From the human T2T-CHM13v2.0 reference genome, Homo sapiens: a DNA stretch of 64,000 nt. The translations under genes and the position numbers were made by a program. The notes beneath the pieces were generated by a model, which did no database searches, was not told where the DNA came from, and was given only the letters and a program-made list of their open reading frames with translations. Shown in pieces: positions 26,060 to 41,233 of this stretch (its first letter is position 1; every line of letters starts with the position of its first letter). The stretch is taken from assembly GCF_009914755.1 (NCBI RefSeq), contig NC_060928.1; one strand, written 5' to 3'.

Positions 26060-28010
26060 GATAATGTCTTAATTCATTACTTATATTTCTGCCAAAATTA
26101 TCTTTGAAAAAAATTTCTTAATAGAAAGAAAAAGAAAAGAAAAAGATAATGCCACAGGATTATTTAAATAGAAATGGAGATTTCTGGTTTGACCTGGTGA
26201 ATTGAATAGATGTATCACTTCTATTCTCTCCTGAATGCCTATTAATATGACAATAATAATATTTAAAATATATAGGCCTAAAAGAATCAAAATTACAGGA
26301 GAGAAGACACAGGGGGTCAGGAAACATCAGTGTATTTTGGAGGATGGAAAGCTTGATTACTCAGGGGAATAGAGGAAGCTGAACCTGTTTCTTTAGAAGG
26401 AGGAAACAGAACCAAGCTGCAAAGGCTCAAGAATTGGGTTTTGCAGAAAGGGAGTACAAAGCCCAGGTCTGGAATTAAGAGAATCATTGGAAATTCTGTG
26501 TAAGAGGTGGTTAGACCCTGAAAAGCCTCAACATCCCCTTCCAAATTCTCAGACTTGAGATTTATTCCTTACAGAACATGAATCACAAAGAATTTAGGCT
26601 TACAGACAATGGGAACAGAAAGATTCAAGAGGAGATATGGGACTGAAAATAGGTGGATTAGGTGGAATCTATATATTTACCAGAGAAACACACCCCCAAT
26701 CCCTGCCAGCCCTCATTCCCTGTCCCCAAATACTCGCAGCCAGACACACACACATCCCAGGGACAAGACTTTGAGAAACTTTCAAGACAGAAACTGAATG
26801 ACCCCTGAGAATATGCTACAGATTCAAAGCCATTTTCAGGCATGTAAATTCTCAAATAGGGAGAAAATCAGTAAAGAAGAAGCTAGGATTCTGGAAACAT
26901 GGGCTTCCACAGAGAAGACAGCTGAGGAGATTTCCCAGGAAAATATCAAAAGAAAGTGCCAGAGTAACGAAGCATAAAATGGAACTACAAGGCAACCAGT
27001 CAAGATTGGAGCAGGAGAGTAAAGATTTCTGGAAATAAATTCAAAATGGCACTCAGATTATCTGACAAGCATTGGAATATGTGAAATCGCATTTAGAAGA
27101 CAAGTGAATGAATAATTGACAAAATTATTGGCTCCAGGGGAAAGGAAAGGAAACATAATTATGTCACACTACTAGTTTCAGCAATGAAACTAGTAGTAGA
27201 AATTATACACACATAACTAGTAGTAGGAACTAGTAGTAGAAATTATACACACATAATTTTATATACAAAGCATTCTACTATTTACCCTGTATGTTATAAA
27301 CATTTTCACATTTAAAACTTCCTTTAAGCTTAATATTTTAGTATTTATGCAATAATGTATCTATTAATATCATATAACTAATCTATTATAGCACCATAAT
27401 TATTTCATTTGTGTCTCTATTATTAGTCATTTAAATTTCTTTTTACTTGTTTTAGTAGGTTCGGGCAAATAGGCACTTTTATGCACTGGGAATACTTAAA
27501 TTCCCTGACCTGGCGAATTTACTTCTAGAATCTATCCTTGAGAAGCAATTATAGAAGTGTGTAAATTATATATGTCATGTCGCTCTTTGCTGAATTATCA
27601 AATAGGAGAAATTGGCAATGATCTAAATTACCAACAATAGGGTAATTACCAAATAAATTTTGATTTACTACATAACACAGTATATGGTCATTTAAAACAT
27701 GAGTTAGATCTGTTTGGGCTGCCTTGGAGAATAATCCATGACAAATTGATGAATGATGGGATGGGAATGGAAATATAAGTCTTTGGTAAATTAATAGAGC
27801 TCATTTTTTGTGGGAAAAATACTATATGTGTGTATTTATAATAAATATATACACAGATGTTTGTACAGACATAAAAATACATCTAGAAAAATATATAATA
27901 AACTCTTGATAATGGTTATCCTTAGGAAGTAAGATTAGGCTGGGCAGGAGAGAAACTTTTATTTTGTATTTTTCAGCATTATTTGAATTACCACAAGCAT
28001 ATATTACTTT
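26060..28010. mobile_element. Cluster of highly degraded L1M/HAL1-like fragments
   Basis: GCAACCAGTCAAGATTGGAGCAGG, ACTTCTAGAATCTATCCT and TCTAAATTACCAACAATAGGG motifs. Confidence 0.45.
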
Positions 28011-28574
28011 GATTATTTTTGAAAAACATAGATAAATACAGACAATCTAAATAGAACTTATGAGGTAATTACATCTTCAAAGATGGTCCACCCTAGTAGC
28101 TTTTTAAAATTGCTCCTGATCAAACAGGAGACTCGCCAGTCCCATCAGTCCTCCTTATTTAAAGGGAAATGAAGAGAGCCCAATTTTCTCTGGAGTTGAA
28201 CGCGTTCTGGATTACCAGTATTTTAATTAGGCAAATGAAAGTCAGCTTTCTATTTTGATATGTTATCACTCCAAGGGAGAGACTGAACCAGGTCAATCAA
28301 ATAATGTTTTCTGGGACTGAACAAGATCAATCAAAAACTTTGGGCCTTCTCAGTTTTGCCCTTCTCAGAGTCCTTAAGGGTTTCACAAATAGGCAGAAGT
28401 CTCTATGAATACTCAAAATCATCTAGAATTGTCAACTTCAGACTTTCTTTTTCCAACTCTTTTAGCTTATAGAAATTAGAGTGCAAAAGTGCATAATCAA
28501 ATTTCTGATTATTAATACTTTTAGCTGAATTTTAGTTTAGAAAAATATGGACCAGGTTAAATGAAAGTATGCCA

Positions 28575-28760
28575 CAGGGTTTCTCAGTTTTAGTACTATT
28601 GACATTTTGAGCAGGATAATTCTTTGTTGTAGTGGGTTGTCCCTAAACTGTATCCACTGGATGCCAGTAGCCAACACCTCCCTCCAGTTGTGACAACCAA
28701 AAAATACCTTCTGACATTGCCAAATATCCCTGGAGAACAATATCAGCCTCAGTTGGAAAG
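28575..28760. mobile_element. MER20 (hAT-Charlie)
   Basis: ACTATTGACATTTTGAGCAGGATAATTCTTTGTTGT...CCAGTTGTGACAACCAAAAA...GACATTGCCAAAT. Confidence 0.9.
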
Positions 28761-28951
28761 TGATATAATTGGAATAGTGTTCAGCCACTAAAACAAATGG
28801 ATTAGTTCTATGTATATTGATAGAAACAATTTCAAAGTAGTAAGTGAAACATGAAAGGTACAAAATGGTGTGTAGAGCATGCCAATAATGTAGTAATTAA
28901 AACCCTGGGCTTTAAAGCCAAACCACCTGGAATGAAATCCTAGCTCTTCCA

Positions 28952-29263
28952 GGCTGGGCGCAGTGGTGCAGTCTGTAGTCCCAGCACTTTGGGAGGCCAA
29001 GGCAGGTGGATCATTTGAGGTCAGGAATTCGAGACCAGCCTGGCCAACATGGTGAAACCCCATCTTTACTAAAAACACAAAAATTAGCCAGGCATGGTGG
29101 TACATGCCTGTAGACCCAGCTACTCAGGAGGCTGGGGCAGGAGAATTGCTTGAACCCGGAGGCAGAGGTTGCAGTGAGCCGAGATCACACCACTGCACTC
29201 CAGCCTGGGCAATAGAGCGAGACTCCATCTTAAAAAAAAAAAAAAAAGAGAAAGAAAAGAAAA
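28952..29263 (+). mobile_element. AluS inserted in a MIR
   Basis: Perfect 18-bp TSD GAAATCCTAGCTCTTCCA at 28934-28951 and 29264-29281. Confidence 0.97.
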
Positions 29264-30203
29264 GAAATCCTAGCTCTTCCAAACCAGCTGTGTGATGATA
29301 GGCAATTTACTTATCTTCTCTGTCTCTAGAATTTTATTTCTAAAAGTCCTATCATGGGATTAAGATTAAGTACATATCATATAGTTAGTGGCAGGGTTAA
29401 ATGTGATGATATATAGAAAGTGCTTAGAACAGTGTCTGGCATAAATGTTATGATTTGTGATCATCATCACCACCATTTGTGAAAATATGAGATTACAGAA
29501 TATGTCTGGAAAGACATATAAGGAAACTGGTGACAGTGATTTCCTCTGGGCAAGGGTGTGGCTAACGGTACTGGGGAAACTTACTTTATCCTGGATGCTC
29601 TTTGGAGTGTTTTGAATTTTTCTAGTATTGCCTATTCAAACATTTTACAAAGATAATTTAGTTTTAAAAGGCTTTATAAACATGTTAGATTCCTACCTGA
29701 TATTTTTTAAAAGGTACATCAAAACTTCTGAGTAGCTATTTTTCCTCTGTTGCTAACAAAATCAAAATCTGCTTGTTGGTAGGTAATCGAGTAACATCCA
29801 AATTATGCCATTTCTTTTTATTCCTGGAGATAGGGAGGAGCTTCATTCATTTCCAGTTACTTTAGAATAATAATAGTTTTAGCTGAACTTTGGTTAACCG
29901 TTTTACTTTATATTGAATTCAATGTTCACAAAAAGAGGAGAGTAAAGTAGCAAATAGCTCAAAATAATGTGTAGCCTTATAATGTGATTTTTTTACTTAC
30001 TTTTGAACACAAGTTGTCTCACCAGCATAAATATCCATACTAGAATTACAGTAGCAAGGCATTAGAATTAAATTTAATAAGTAATGGCAGCAATTTATCA
30101 GAACACATTCTAATAGTGATAGGAATGCGTTCATTTGAAAATGTTTACAACTGAAAGCCCACTTCAGTGAAATATGAAATAGAATAACCTATTATCTTCT
30201 ATT

Positions 30204-32545
30204 ATCAGGGTTTCTGGTTCAGGATTTAGGGAGCTTAGAAGTGGCTACCCTATCCTAACAATAAGCAGAAAACTGAACAAACTGAAAATCAACTCTTCTT
30301 AGATTCATCAGAAAAGGGAGATCACAGAGCATAAATGGCCCCCAAAATTGGAGAGTCAGGGATATACACAGAACCACAACTTACCAGAGCAAAAACCCAC
30401 AAGCAGAAACCTCGGCGGGAACCAGTGCAGGGATGACATGATCACCTATGTAAACAATCCAAAAGAATCAACAAACTCCTAGAACTAATAAACAATTATA
30501 GTAAGGTTTCAAGACACAAAGTTAATATACAAAAGTCAATGCTTTCCTACATACCAGCAAGGAACAAATGAAAGTCGAAGTTAAAAACACATTACCATTT
30601 ACAATAGCACTCCCAAAAATGAAATACTAAAGTATAAATTTAACAATATGTATACAAGATCTATATGAGGAAAACTAAAATTCTAATAAAAGATATAAAC
30701 GAGGAATTAAATAAATGGAGAGATATTCCACGTTCATGGTTAGGAAGATTCAATATTATTTAGTTGTCAGTTCTGCCCAACTTGATCTATAGACCCTAAT
30801 CTGGATCAAAATCTCATCAAGTTATTTTGTGGATATCAACAAGCTGATTCTAAAGTTTACATGGAGAAGCAAAAGAGCCAGAATAAACAACTCAACACTG
30901 AAGAACAAAGTCATAGGACTGACACAAACTGACTTCAAGACTTAACATAAAGCTACAATAACCAAGACAGTGTGGTATTGACAAAAGAATAGAAAAATAG
31001 ATCAATGGAACAGGTCCAGAGAGCCCAGAAGTAGACCCACATAAATACTGTCAACTGATCTGTGTCAAAGAAGCAAAGGCAATACAATATAGCAAAGATA
31101 GTCTTTTCAACAAATGGTGCTGGAACGACTAGACATCCACATGCAGAAATATTAATCCAGACCTATACTTTGGACCCTTCACAAAAATTAACTACAATGG
31201 GTCCTAGACTACGTGTAAAAAGCAAAGCTATAAAATTCCTAAAAGTAACGTAGGAGAAAATATAGATTACCTTGGTTTTGGACATGACTATTTAAATACA
31301 TCACGAATGGCACAATCTGTGAAAGAAATAATTGATAAGCTGGACTTCATTATAATTTAAAAAAACTTCTTCTCTATGAAAGACAACGTCAAGAGAATAA
31401 AAAGACAAGCCACAGACTGGGAGTGATTATTTGAAAAATATACATCTGATAAAGAACAATTATCCAAAGTATACAAATAACTCTTAAAACTTAACAATAA
31501 GAAAATGAACAAACCAATTTTTTAAAGGGGCAAAAACCTGAATACACACCTCACCAAAGAAGATATACAGATGGCAAGTAAGCATAGAAGATATACAGAT
31601 GGCAAGTAAGCATATGAAAAGATTCTCCACATCATATGTTATTAGGGAATTGCAAATTAAAACAACAGTGAGATACTACTACACGCTTATTTGCCAAAAT
31701 TCAAAATACTGACAGCACCAAATGCTGGGAAGGATATGGAGCAATAAGAATTCTCATTCATTGCTTGTGGGAATATAAAATCGTACAGCCACTTTTCAAG
31801 AAAGCTTAGTAATTTCTTTAAAAATTAACCCTACTCTTACCATATAATCCAGCAATCACACTCCTTGATATTTACCCAAATGAACATAAAACGTATGTCC
31901 ACACAAAAACCTGCACACAGATGTTTATATCAGCTTAAGTTATAATTGCCAAAATTTAGAAGCTTCCAAGACACCCCTCAATATGTGACTGGGTAAATGA
32001 ACTCTGGTACATCCAAATAATGGAATATTATTCAGCACTTAAAAGAAATGAGCAATCAAGTCATAAAAAGACTTGGAGAAGACTTAGATGCATATTAATA
32101 GTGAAAGAGGCCAATCTGAAAGGCTACATATTGTATGATTTCAACTATATGAATTCTGGAAAAGGCAAAAGTAAGGAGACAGTGAAAGGATCAGTGGTTG
32201 GTGAGGGAGGGATGGATGAATAGGAAGAGCACAGAGGATTTTTAGGGAGTGAAACCATTCTGTATGGTACTGCAATGGTGGATACATACCATTACAATTT
32301 GTCAAAACCTAGAATATACGGCACCAAGAGTGAACGCTAGAATGAACTGTGGACTTGGGGATAATGATGTGTAAATATAGGTTGATCAGTTGTAACAAAT
32401 GTAGCACTGGGGAGCAGGATGTTGATAGCGGGGAGGTTGTGCATGTATGGGGCATAGGGATACATGGAAACTTCTGCTCAATTTTTCTGTGATCCTAAAA
32501 CTGCTCTGAAAAATAAAGTTTGTTAATTAAAGAAAGAAACCTAAA
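30204..32545 (+). mobile_element. L1MC1/2-like element with its 5' UTR joined directly to the ORF2 RT region
   Basis: L1MC-like 5' end up to 30432, then ATGACATGATC (DDMI), continuous ORF2 3' half and 3' UTR with an A-rich tail; 28-bp tandem duplication at 31558-31613. Confidence 0.85.
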
Positions 32546-32673
32546 AAAGATAATATAGGTACATTTACCCAGAGACACATACAACTCTATGTTTAAATAA
32601 ATGTGTACTTTTGATTTGTAAAAATGAAACTTGTCTTTCCTGACTCAAGGACAAGGAGATCTCTAAAGAAACT

Positions 32674-33033
32674 TGTGTTAGTCTGTTTTCACAATGCTGA
32701 TAAAGACATACGCGAGACTGGGCAATTTACAAAAGCTGACTTACAAAAGTTCAACGTGGCTGGGGAGGCCTCACAATCATGGCGGAAGGCAAGGAGGAGC
32801 AAGTCATGTCTTACATGGATGGCAGCAGGCAAAAAGAGAGCTTGTGCAGGGAAACTCCCATTTTTAAAACCATCAGATCTCGTAAGACTCATTCACTATC
32901 ATGAGAACAGAGTGGGAAAGACCCACCCCTGTAATTCAATCACCTCCCACTGGGTTCCTCCCACAACAAGTGGGAATTGTGGGAGTTACAATTCAAGATG
33001 AGATTTGGGTGGGGACACAGCCAAACCATATTA
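32674..33033 (-). mobile_element. THE1 (B/C-like) solo LTR
   Basis: GCTGATAAAGACATAC...GGGGACACAGCCAAACCATATTA; TSD AAACT/GAACT. Confidence 0.95.
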
Positions 33034-33759
33034 GAACTTCTCTGAAATATCTTTATAATAGAGAGAAATAAGGAAAGATAGATTATAGAAAGGGTAGGAG
33101 ACAAAGGGAAAGAAAAGAGGAGAAAAAGTGGAAAGAGACCACATAGATTAAGAAGATGAAGTACACATTTTCTCTGAAACATTAAGAGAAAAAAAATATG
33201 TATATATACATACACACATACATTTCAATGTAAAGGTTATAAGTTAAGCCTGCCTGTGAAATTACTCCTACTTACACTACTAGGATTTTCTTAATTGATC
33301 GTTCCTTTTCTCCACCCACAACCCACAACCCAGCTCTAGGTATGTTAATCCTATCCTTCTTCTATAACTTGTTCCTTATGCAACTTAATATAGTTGGGGT
33401 AAGGTGAGGAGAGAGAAAAGAAAAGAATACTACCCACTCCTCCATCCCTAGAAAGGGAACTTTAAAGTTCAACTCCCTTGGCCCTGCTCAAGTTCAGGTT
33501 ACAAGACTTAAGGGAGGTCTGGTTAGACTGAAAGTAAACAGCATCATGGCAGGTCACTGCATCAATATCCTTCCTAGGATGTCAGGGGACTAAGCCTCCA
33601 GGTAGCTAATCTTTGGGGTTTTGCTTTGAGCTGAATACCAGTTTCACAGAAATACAAAGAATCACTATGTTGCTGCCAATAAGCATGTGACTGGTTGAAT
33701 ACTGAAAATGAAGTTTGTCCTTTTTAATTGTAGAAAAGCAGTCCACCATAAGCTTCCTG

Positions 33760-34175
33760 TACTCCCACATATCTTGCTAAGTGAGCCAAAATTGCAGTCT
33801 TGACTATACTCGCCCCGTCCCTTTTGCCATGAGCCACTTTTCAAGATTGATGATGCACCTGGCAATCCTGAACATCAGATAAAGCACTGTAGATCTTGCA
33901 TTGTACCTGTCTCCTTGCAAAGGAAGGGTTGCTTGCTGCTGTCTAAAAAGCAATGGATTTATTAGGGTTCCCCTCCTGTGGTATACACCCCTGCTGTGCA
34001 CGCTCCGCCTGGCCTTCTGATCATCCTGTGGGATTTGGGGAACTGGCACAACACTGGTGATACTTGCATAACTGCTTTTGCTGTGAGTATTGAAGTCCTT
34101 TATCTCTGATCCATGAGCCTCATGCATTCTGCCAGCATCGATGAAACTGTGGGAGGCTAACTTATTAGCCAGTAG
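33760..34175 (+). mobile_element. ERVL LTR (MER54/73/74 group)
   Basis: AAGTCCTTTATCTCTGA...TTCTGCCAGCATCGATGAAACTGTGGGAGGCTAACTTATTAGC. Confidence 0.65.
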
Positions 34176-35058
34176 TTATTTCAGTGGAAACTCCCTTGCT
34201 TCCAGCTCTTTTTCATATTTATTTATCTCTGGGGAAAAAAAGGTATGTGGGGGTGAGTGGGGAAAGAAAGTAGCTAAAATGGCACTCAGGCATCCAAATA
34301 GTCTCCAAAATGGTATAAATCATTAGCTACCTGGTACTGACATGTGGTTAAACAGCTAAATTGTTGTACCTCAATCTAAGCATTTCCAACTCTTCCTCAA
34401 ATTAGGCCTCTAAATTGGCCTCTGTCACTGGCTTTACAGGCCTCATAAAATCTCTGTGCAGTATGCACCAGGCATATTTCCAGCATTCTCCCCACCAAAT
34501 GACCACAGGTCAGTGTTCATACATGGAAACTAAGGAACCCCAGGAGGGTGAAATCACAAGCATATACCTTCTCTCCCACACCATCTTTGGTTGTTTCTCC
34601 TGTTCAGGGCCTGATGGTCCCTCACTACTGGCCTCATGCTACTGAAATATAGAAGGACTGCTGCTACCTTGCAGAAGAACCTTCCACCTTGGACGATCAT
34701 CCAATCAACACAATAGCTCCGGCAGTGAGAGGGACGTCATGACTTAGAAGCTCCAGCTGAGAACACCCTGACAGCTGTCAGAAAGATCCTTCACTACCAT
34801 AAGGTAGCATCAGCTAGTCCATGTTCTTCTCCTTTCCCTTTCAATCTATGACATTCTGTTTCAGATACACTACAGACAGCATTTAAGTGTCATTGACCTC
34901 TTAGAACTTAGTGTCTTTTGTGAAATTCCATTTTTATTCCATTGCTTTGCTTAGCAAAGATCCTGGCTCACAGCACCAAATAAATGGTAACATTTTATTT
35001 TAATAACTATTATTATTGTTATTGTCATCTCACTCAGAGGAAAGCTATAGTGTGGTGC

Positions 35059-35059
<1 letters not shown>

Positions 35060-35092
<33 letters not shown>

Positions 35093-35096
35093 AGAG
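35060..35096. repeat. (CA)n(GA)n microsatellite
   Basis: Read directly. Confidence 0.95.
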
Positions 35097-35403
35097 AAAC
35101 TGAAGTATCCATCTTTAGAATCTGAAATATGAGCTTTTGGATGAGGCTTCAGCTGTAGATAGCAGAGCAATTCTCAAAACCAAGGATTTCTTTATTTATC
35201 TCAAAATTGCCATAAGAAATGCTAGTTGTGCAATATTAACCATCTCCTCCTAAGGGACCATTCTACTAATGCTTAGACATGAAATTTATCTTCCCCATAC
35301 ACATATCTCTACCCATTTGAAAAGCCATTCATTTGGAAGGTCTATTTGATCAATCTAGTTTGTAGCCAAGACACCTTCCTTCAGTCAAAATTTGGAACAT
35401 GTC

Positions 35404-35815
<412 letters not shown>

Positions 35816-36219
35816 TCAAAATTCTATTTATAAAAAAGCACAATAAAAAATGTATACTCCCACCAACATTGTAAAAGCATTCCTTTTTCTCCACAGCCTC
35901 ACGAGCATCTGTTTTTTTTTTGTTGTTTTGTGTTTTTTTTGACTTTTTAGTAATAGCCATTCTGACTAGTGTGAGATGGTAGCATCTTATTGTGGTTTTG
36001 ATTTGCATTTCGCTAATGATCGATGATGTTGAGCTTTTTTTCATATGAGTGTTGGTCGCATACATGTCTCCTTTTGAGAAGTGTCTGTTCATGTCCTTTG
36101 CCCACTTTTCAATGGGGTTGTTTTTTTCTCATAAATTTGTTTAAGTCTTCTTTTTGAGACGTGTCTGTTCATGTCCTTTGCCCATTTTTTAATGGGGTTG
36201 GTTTTTTCTAGTAAATTTA

Positions 36220-36517
<298 letters not shown>

Positions 36518-36830
36518 CATTGTTTAAGTTGCTTATAGATGCTGGATATTAGACCTTTGTCAGATGCATAGCTTGTAAAAATTTTCTCTCATTCCATATG
36601 TTGCCTGTTTATTCTGTTGATAATTTATTTTGAGGTGCAGAAGCTCTTTATTCTAATTAGATCCCATTTGTCAATTTTTGTTTTATTGCAATTGCTTTTG
36701 GCATATTCATCGTGAAATCTTTGCCTGTGCCTGTGTCCTAAATGGCACTGCCTAGGTTGTCTTCCAGGGTTTTTATAGTTTTAGGTTTTACATTTAAGTC
36801 TTTAATCCATCTTGAGTTACTTTTTGTTTA

Positions 36831-36920
<90 letters not shown>

Positions 36921-37319
36921 TTACTTGCTTTTGTCAGTTTTGTCAAAGATCAGATAGTTGTAGGTGTGTAGTCTTATTTCTGGGTTCTCTATTCTGTTCC
37001 GTTGATCTATGTGTCTGTTCTTGAACCAGTACCAACTGTTTTGGTTACTGTAGCCCTGTAGTGTAGTTTGAAGTTGGGTAGCGTGATGCCTCCAGGTTAG
37101 TTCTTTTTGCTTGTGATTGTCTTGACTATACGGGCTCTTTTTGGTTCCATGTGAATTTTTAAATAGTCTATACACTATTGGTGGGAGTTCAACCATTGTG
37201 GAAGACAGTGTTGCTATTTCTCAAAGACCTAAAGACAGAAATGCCGGTGGACCCAGCAATCCCATTACTGGGTATATACCCAAAGGAATACAAATCATTC
37301 TACTACAAAGACAAATGCA

Positions 37320-37648
<329 letters not shown>

Positions 37649-38211
37649 TCATTGCAGCACTATTCACAATAGCAAAGACATGGAATTAACCTAAATACCC
37701 ACCAGTGAAAGACTGGATAAAGAAAATGTGGTATATATACACTATGGAATATTATGCAGCCACAAAAAAGAAGGAGATCATGTCCTTTGCATGAACATGG
37801 ATGGAACTGGAGGCCATTATTTTTAGCAAACTAATGTGGGAACAGAAAATCAAATACCATATGTTCTTACTTATAAGTGGGAGCTAAATGATGAGAACAC
37901 ATGGACACAAAGAGGGGAACAACATACACTGGGGCCTATCGGAAGGAGGAGAGTGGGAGGAGGGAGAGGATTGGGAAAAACAATGTGTACTAGGCTTAAT
38001 ACCTGAGTTATGAAATAATCTGTACAACAAACTCCCATGACACACATTTGCCTATGTAACAAACCTGAACATGTATCCCCGAACTTAAATAAAAGTAAAA
38101 ATAAATAAATAAATAAATTTTGCCATCAAGGGGGCATTAGGTCTCTCTTGCTCATGTCTCCACAGCTAGCACAACACTTGGTGCATAGCATAAACTCACT
38201 GCATATTTTAT

Positions 38212-38357
38212 GGAAGAAGGAAGGGAGGAAGGAAAGAAAAGAGAAGGAGGAAAGGCAGGGAAGGAGGGAGAGGGGGAAGAAAGGAAAAAGGGGAGAGGAG
38301 AGGAAAAGAGAGGAGGGAAGGAGATAGGAAACAAAGAAAGAAAATAAAATAAAGGAG
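38212..38357. repeat. GA-rich low-complexity tract
   Basis: Near-pure purine run on the + strand. Confidence 0.9.
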
Positions 38358-39984
38358 TAAAACAGAAAACTCATAGTCAGGAGTAGAAGACCAACAGTAA
38401 TATGCCATGATTTCATGTTTGGGAGAACTCTTCTGTTAGCTTCACAGGTAACTTGATTGTCCTTTTTCTAAATCTACTTATTTAATTTAATTCATTTAAC
38501 AAACATGTACAATCACAACAGTTTAAATACATTACAGACCTGCTTCATGGTTTACTTCCTAAAATTTTTCAAGCATTTAGTTCATACACAAACACTAAAA
38601 AGTATAAGGGAGAACATAGAATGAAATATAAATTCATGTACACAGGCTTATTCAAAGTTTAGCTTTTAGACTTGTTTACTTCAAAGTATCTCCATGTGTT
38701 GATACTGACCAAACAACTGAGTAGTTTGTTAACATAAAAGTGTCATAATCTTAAGAAATAATAAAACCATTATTCTATTTAAGTCATTTTTAAAATTTCT
38801 TTGAATTGATTATTTACTGAATAGTGAAATTATAATCACACATGGTAATGAAAAAAGTAATAATAATGTAATAAAATGTAAAAATAAACTCAAAGATGGT
38901 AATTATCTTGCTAATTTAACTAAATCCAATTAGAATGAATTTGGGTGACCTAAATGATCTAGTTTGACTGACTAGATTTTCTCTTAATAGTTAATTTTTT
39001 TCTTTATACTTGATAAACTTAGTACAAAAGTACTCATTTATAATTTAAAGTGACCTATTTATCATGATTTTCCAGTAACACCAATTCCTTCAGAACAAAT
39101 ATTTCCTCAAAATCTTGTGCTTTACTGATAAACTATTTTTATTCACTCGATAAACATTTTCTTTTGTGTATTTTTGTGTGGGACAGCTCTTTATAAACCC
39201 CTCAAATTATTTCATTTATTTATCTTACAAGTGGAATCATAACTTTTGCGGCTGTTTTATTTGCTATGGAAAGAATACAGTGTTTTACTACAAAAGCATA
39301 CCAGGAAGCCCTTTAATTCTGCTACTTCTTACCCTTGAGTTATAAAACAGGCTAGGATTATGGAGGAAAAAGATTAGAAAGCAGTGTTTATCATCTTATC
39401 CAAAACTATACCCCAAACTAGCTACAAAAGTAAGACTTTTTAAAAACATCACACTGAGAACTATGATTTTAAACCCCTTCATTTAGCTTTGCTTTGCCTT
39501 TGAAGGGTAAAAACTCCTTGAACTTTAAATAGCTTCTAAATGTTGACTCTCCTCTCTCATTGAGTTTTTCAAGTCCACAAGTCACTATTTGTTTGATCCC
39601 AAATAGCATTTGCAGGATAGGCCCCTCACTAACTATGCACATGTACTTGCCAACTGCCATTTCTAGAGCTAATTGTGGTACTACTGACCAAAGAGTAAAG
39701 TCATAATAACCCCAGGGGGTAGAACAAAGGCTAAAAGAGCAAAACTCTGTTACTTTCCTAGTCCATTTTTCTCATGTTGAATTCTTAAATATACTAAAAA
39801 CAGAAGGGGAAGGAGAGGTGACAGGTAGGGGAATTTATTTTATTCTTGGCCTTAAAAATAGGGCAAATGCATATATCAAATCTCATAGGAAGCCTAGGTT
39901 ATTAGATATTAATGTAATGATAATAAAATAAAAAATGTATTCTGGTATACATTAAAATAAATTTCACAAACGTTTGGCCTGCGT

Positions 39985-40163
39985 TAGTGGTTCTCAGCCC
40001 TGGCACTGATTAGAATCACCTGGAAAGCTTTTAAGTAACACAAAATGCCTGTGCCCAGTCCCCTTGAGATTCTGACTTAATTGTCCTGTGGTGGAACCTG
40101 AGCATAGGCATTTTAAAAATCACCAAGATGATTTTAATGTGCAGCTGCAGCTGAGAACCACAG
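39985..40163. mobile_element. MER5A (hAT-Charlie)
   Basis: TAGTGGTTCTCA ... TGAGAACCAC inverted ends; TTAGAATCACCTGG. Confidence 0.9.
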
Positions 40164-40921
40164 GTCCAAATCTTGCTAAATAAATACTTGGGCAGATTTT
40201 TAACCAGAGGAATTGGTTGCCTCAGCACCAACAAACCCTTACCAAGGGTCTACACAGTCCAGGCACTGTGGTAGGCTCTGAGGATACAAAAAATTGAAAA
40301 TTGAAAATTAAAGACTTCATAATACACTTGCAATTCAAATTTCTAAAAAAGTAATATTTAAAAAAAATCTTCCTTTTTTTACTGTAATAGAAATATACAC
40401 TAATATATTTCTGATGAAGTAAACTATTTTAAAATACCAGGCTTGATTTGAAAATAAACCATAATTTGAAGCATAAGGACATAAATAGCAATAACAAATA
40501 AAATATTTACTAACAAAAAATGAGGACTAATGGCTCTAGGATTTAGATCAACACTAGAATGGTGAGCTCAAAGTAGATAGCCAAAAACCTCATTTTCCAG
40601 ATTCATACACAATCATTTTTTAATGAAAAATCCTAAGAGTAACAGTGTTCATCACTTAACTCTGATAAACCGGAGACTTTCCACAACACAGACAGATAGA
40701 GACAAAAAACACTGGAAAAAAGAAAGCAAGAAAATGCCAAGAAACTAGCTCAAGCTATTGCTAGTCAGAAAGAAGAGACTGCTTACTACGAGAAATGAAG
40801 TGGTGAGATGATTTTAAACAACTAAAATTTAAAAAGTCAAAAAATTCTTCAGCCTCCTCAGCCAGAAACTTAATGTGGTTTTATTTATCTTGACATGTGA
40901 ATTCTAAAGAATCATAATGGC

Positions 40922-41233
40922 TGTTAGGTTCAAGTCCTAGCTGAGGTCTGAGGGGAGTGGGTGGATGGGGAGCAGGAAGCTGGAAGAACACCCAAGAGAC
41001 AGTAGGCAGATAAGACATGGTTTTATTCAGCAGCTCACCCACATGGTCAGTGCTGCATTTATGCACCTCACAAACAACAGTGGCTCCAAGCCATGTGATG
41101 AGCCCCCTATGTATGTCTACATAACTGTGCTTATATTATACATGGGACTGTGCGCCTGCGCTCCAATCCTGCTGTGTCATACAGGATGTTTACCTCAGCC
41201 TATCCTTGACCAAAGCACATCCATTACCTTACA
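40922..41233 (-). mobile_element. LTR18-like (ERVL) solo LTR
   Basis: Reverse complement starts TGTAAGGTAATGGATGTGCTTTGGTCAAGGATAGGCTGAGG; TG/CA ends; degenerate TSD ATGGC/ATAGT. Confidence 0.85.

Noticed and set aside
38126-38416. Hydrophobic Phe/Leu/Ser/Pro-rich ORFs
   Set aside because: Translation of the GA-rich low-complexity tract.
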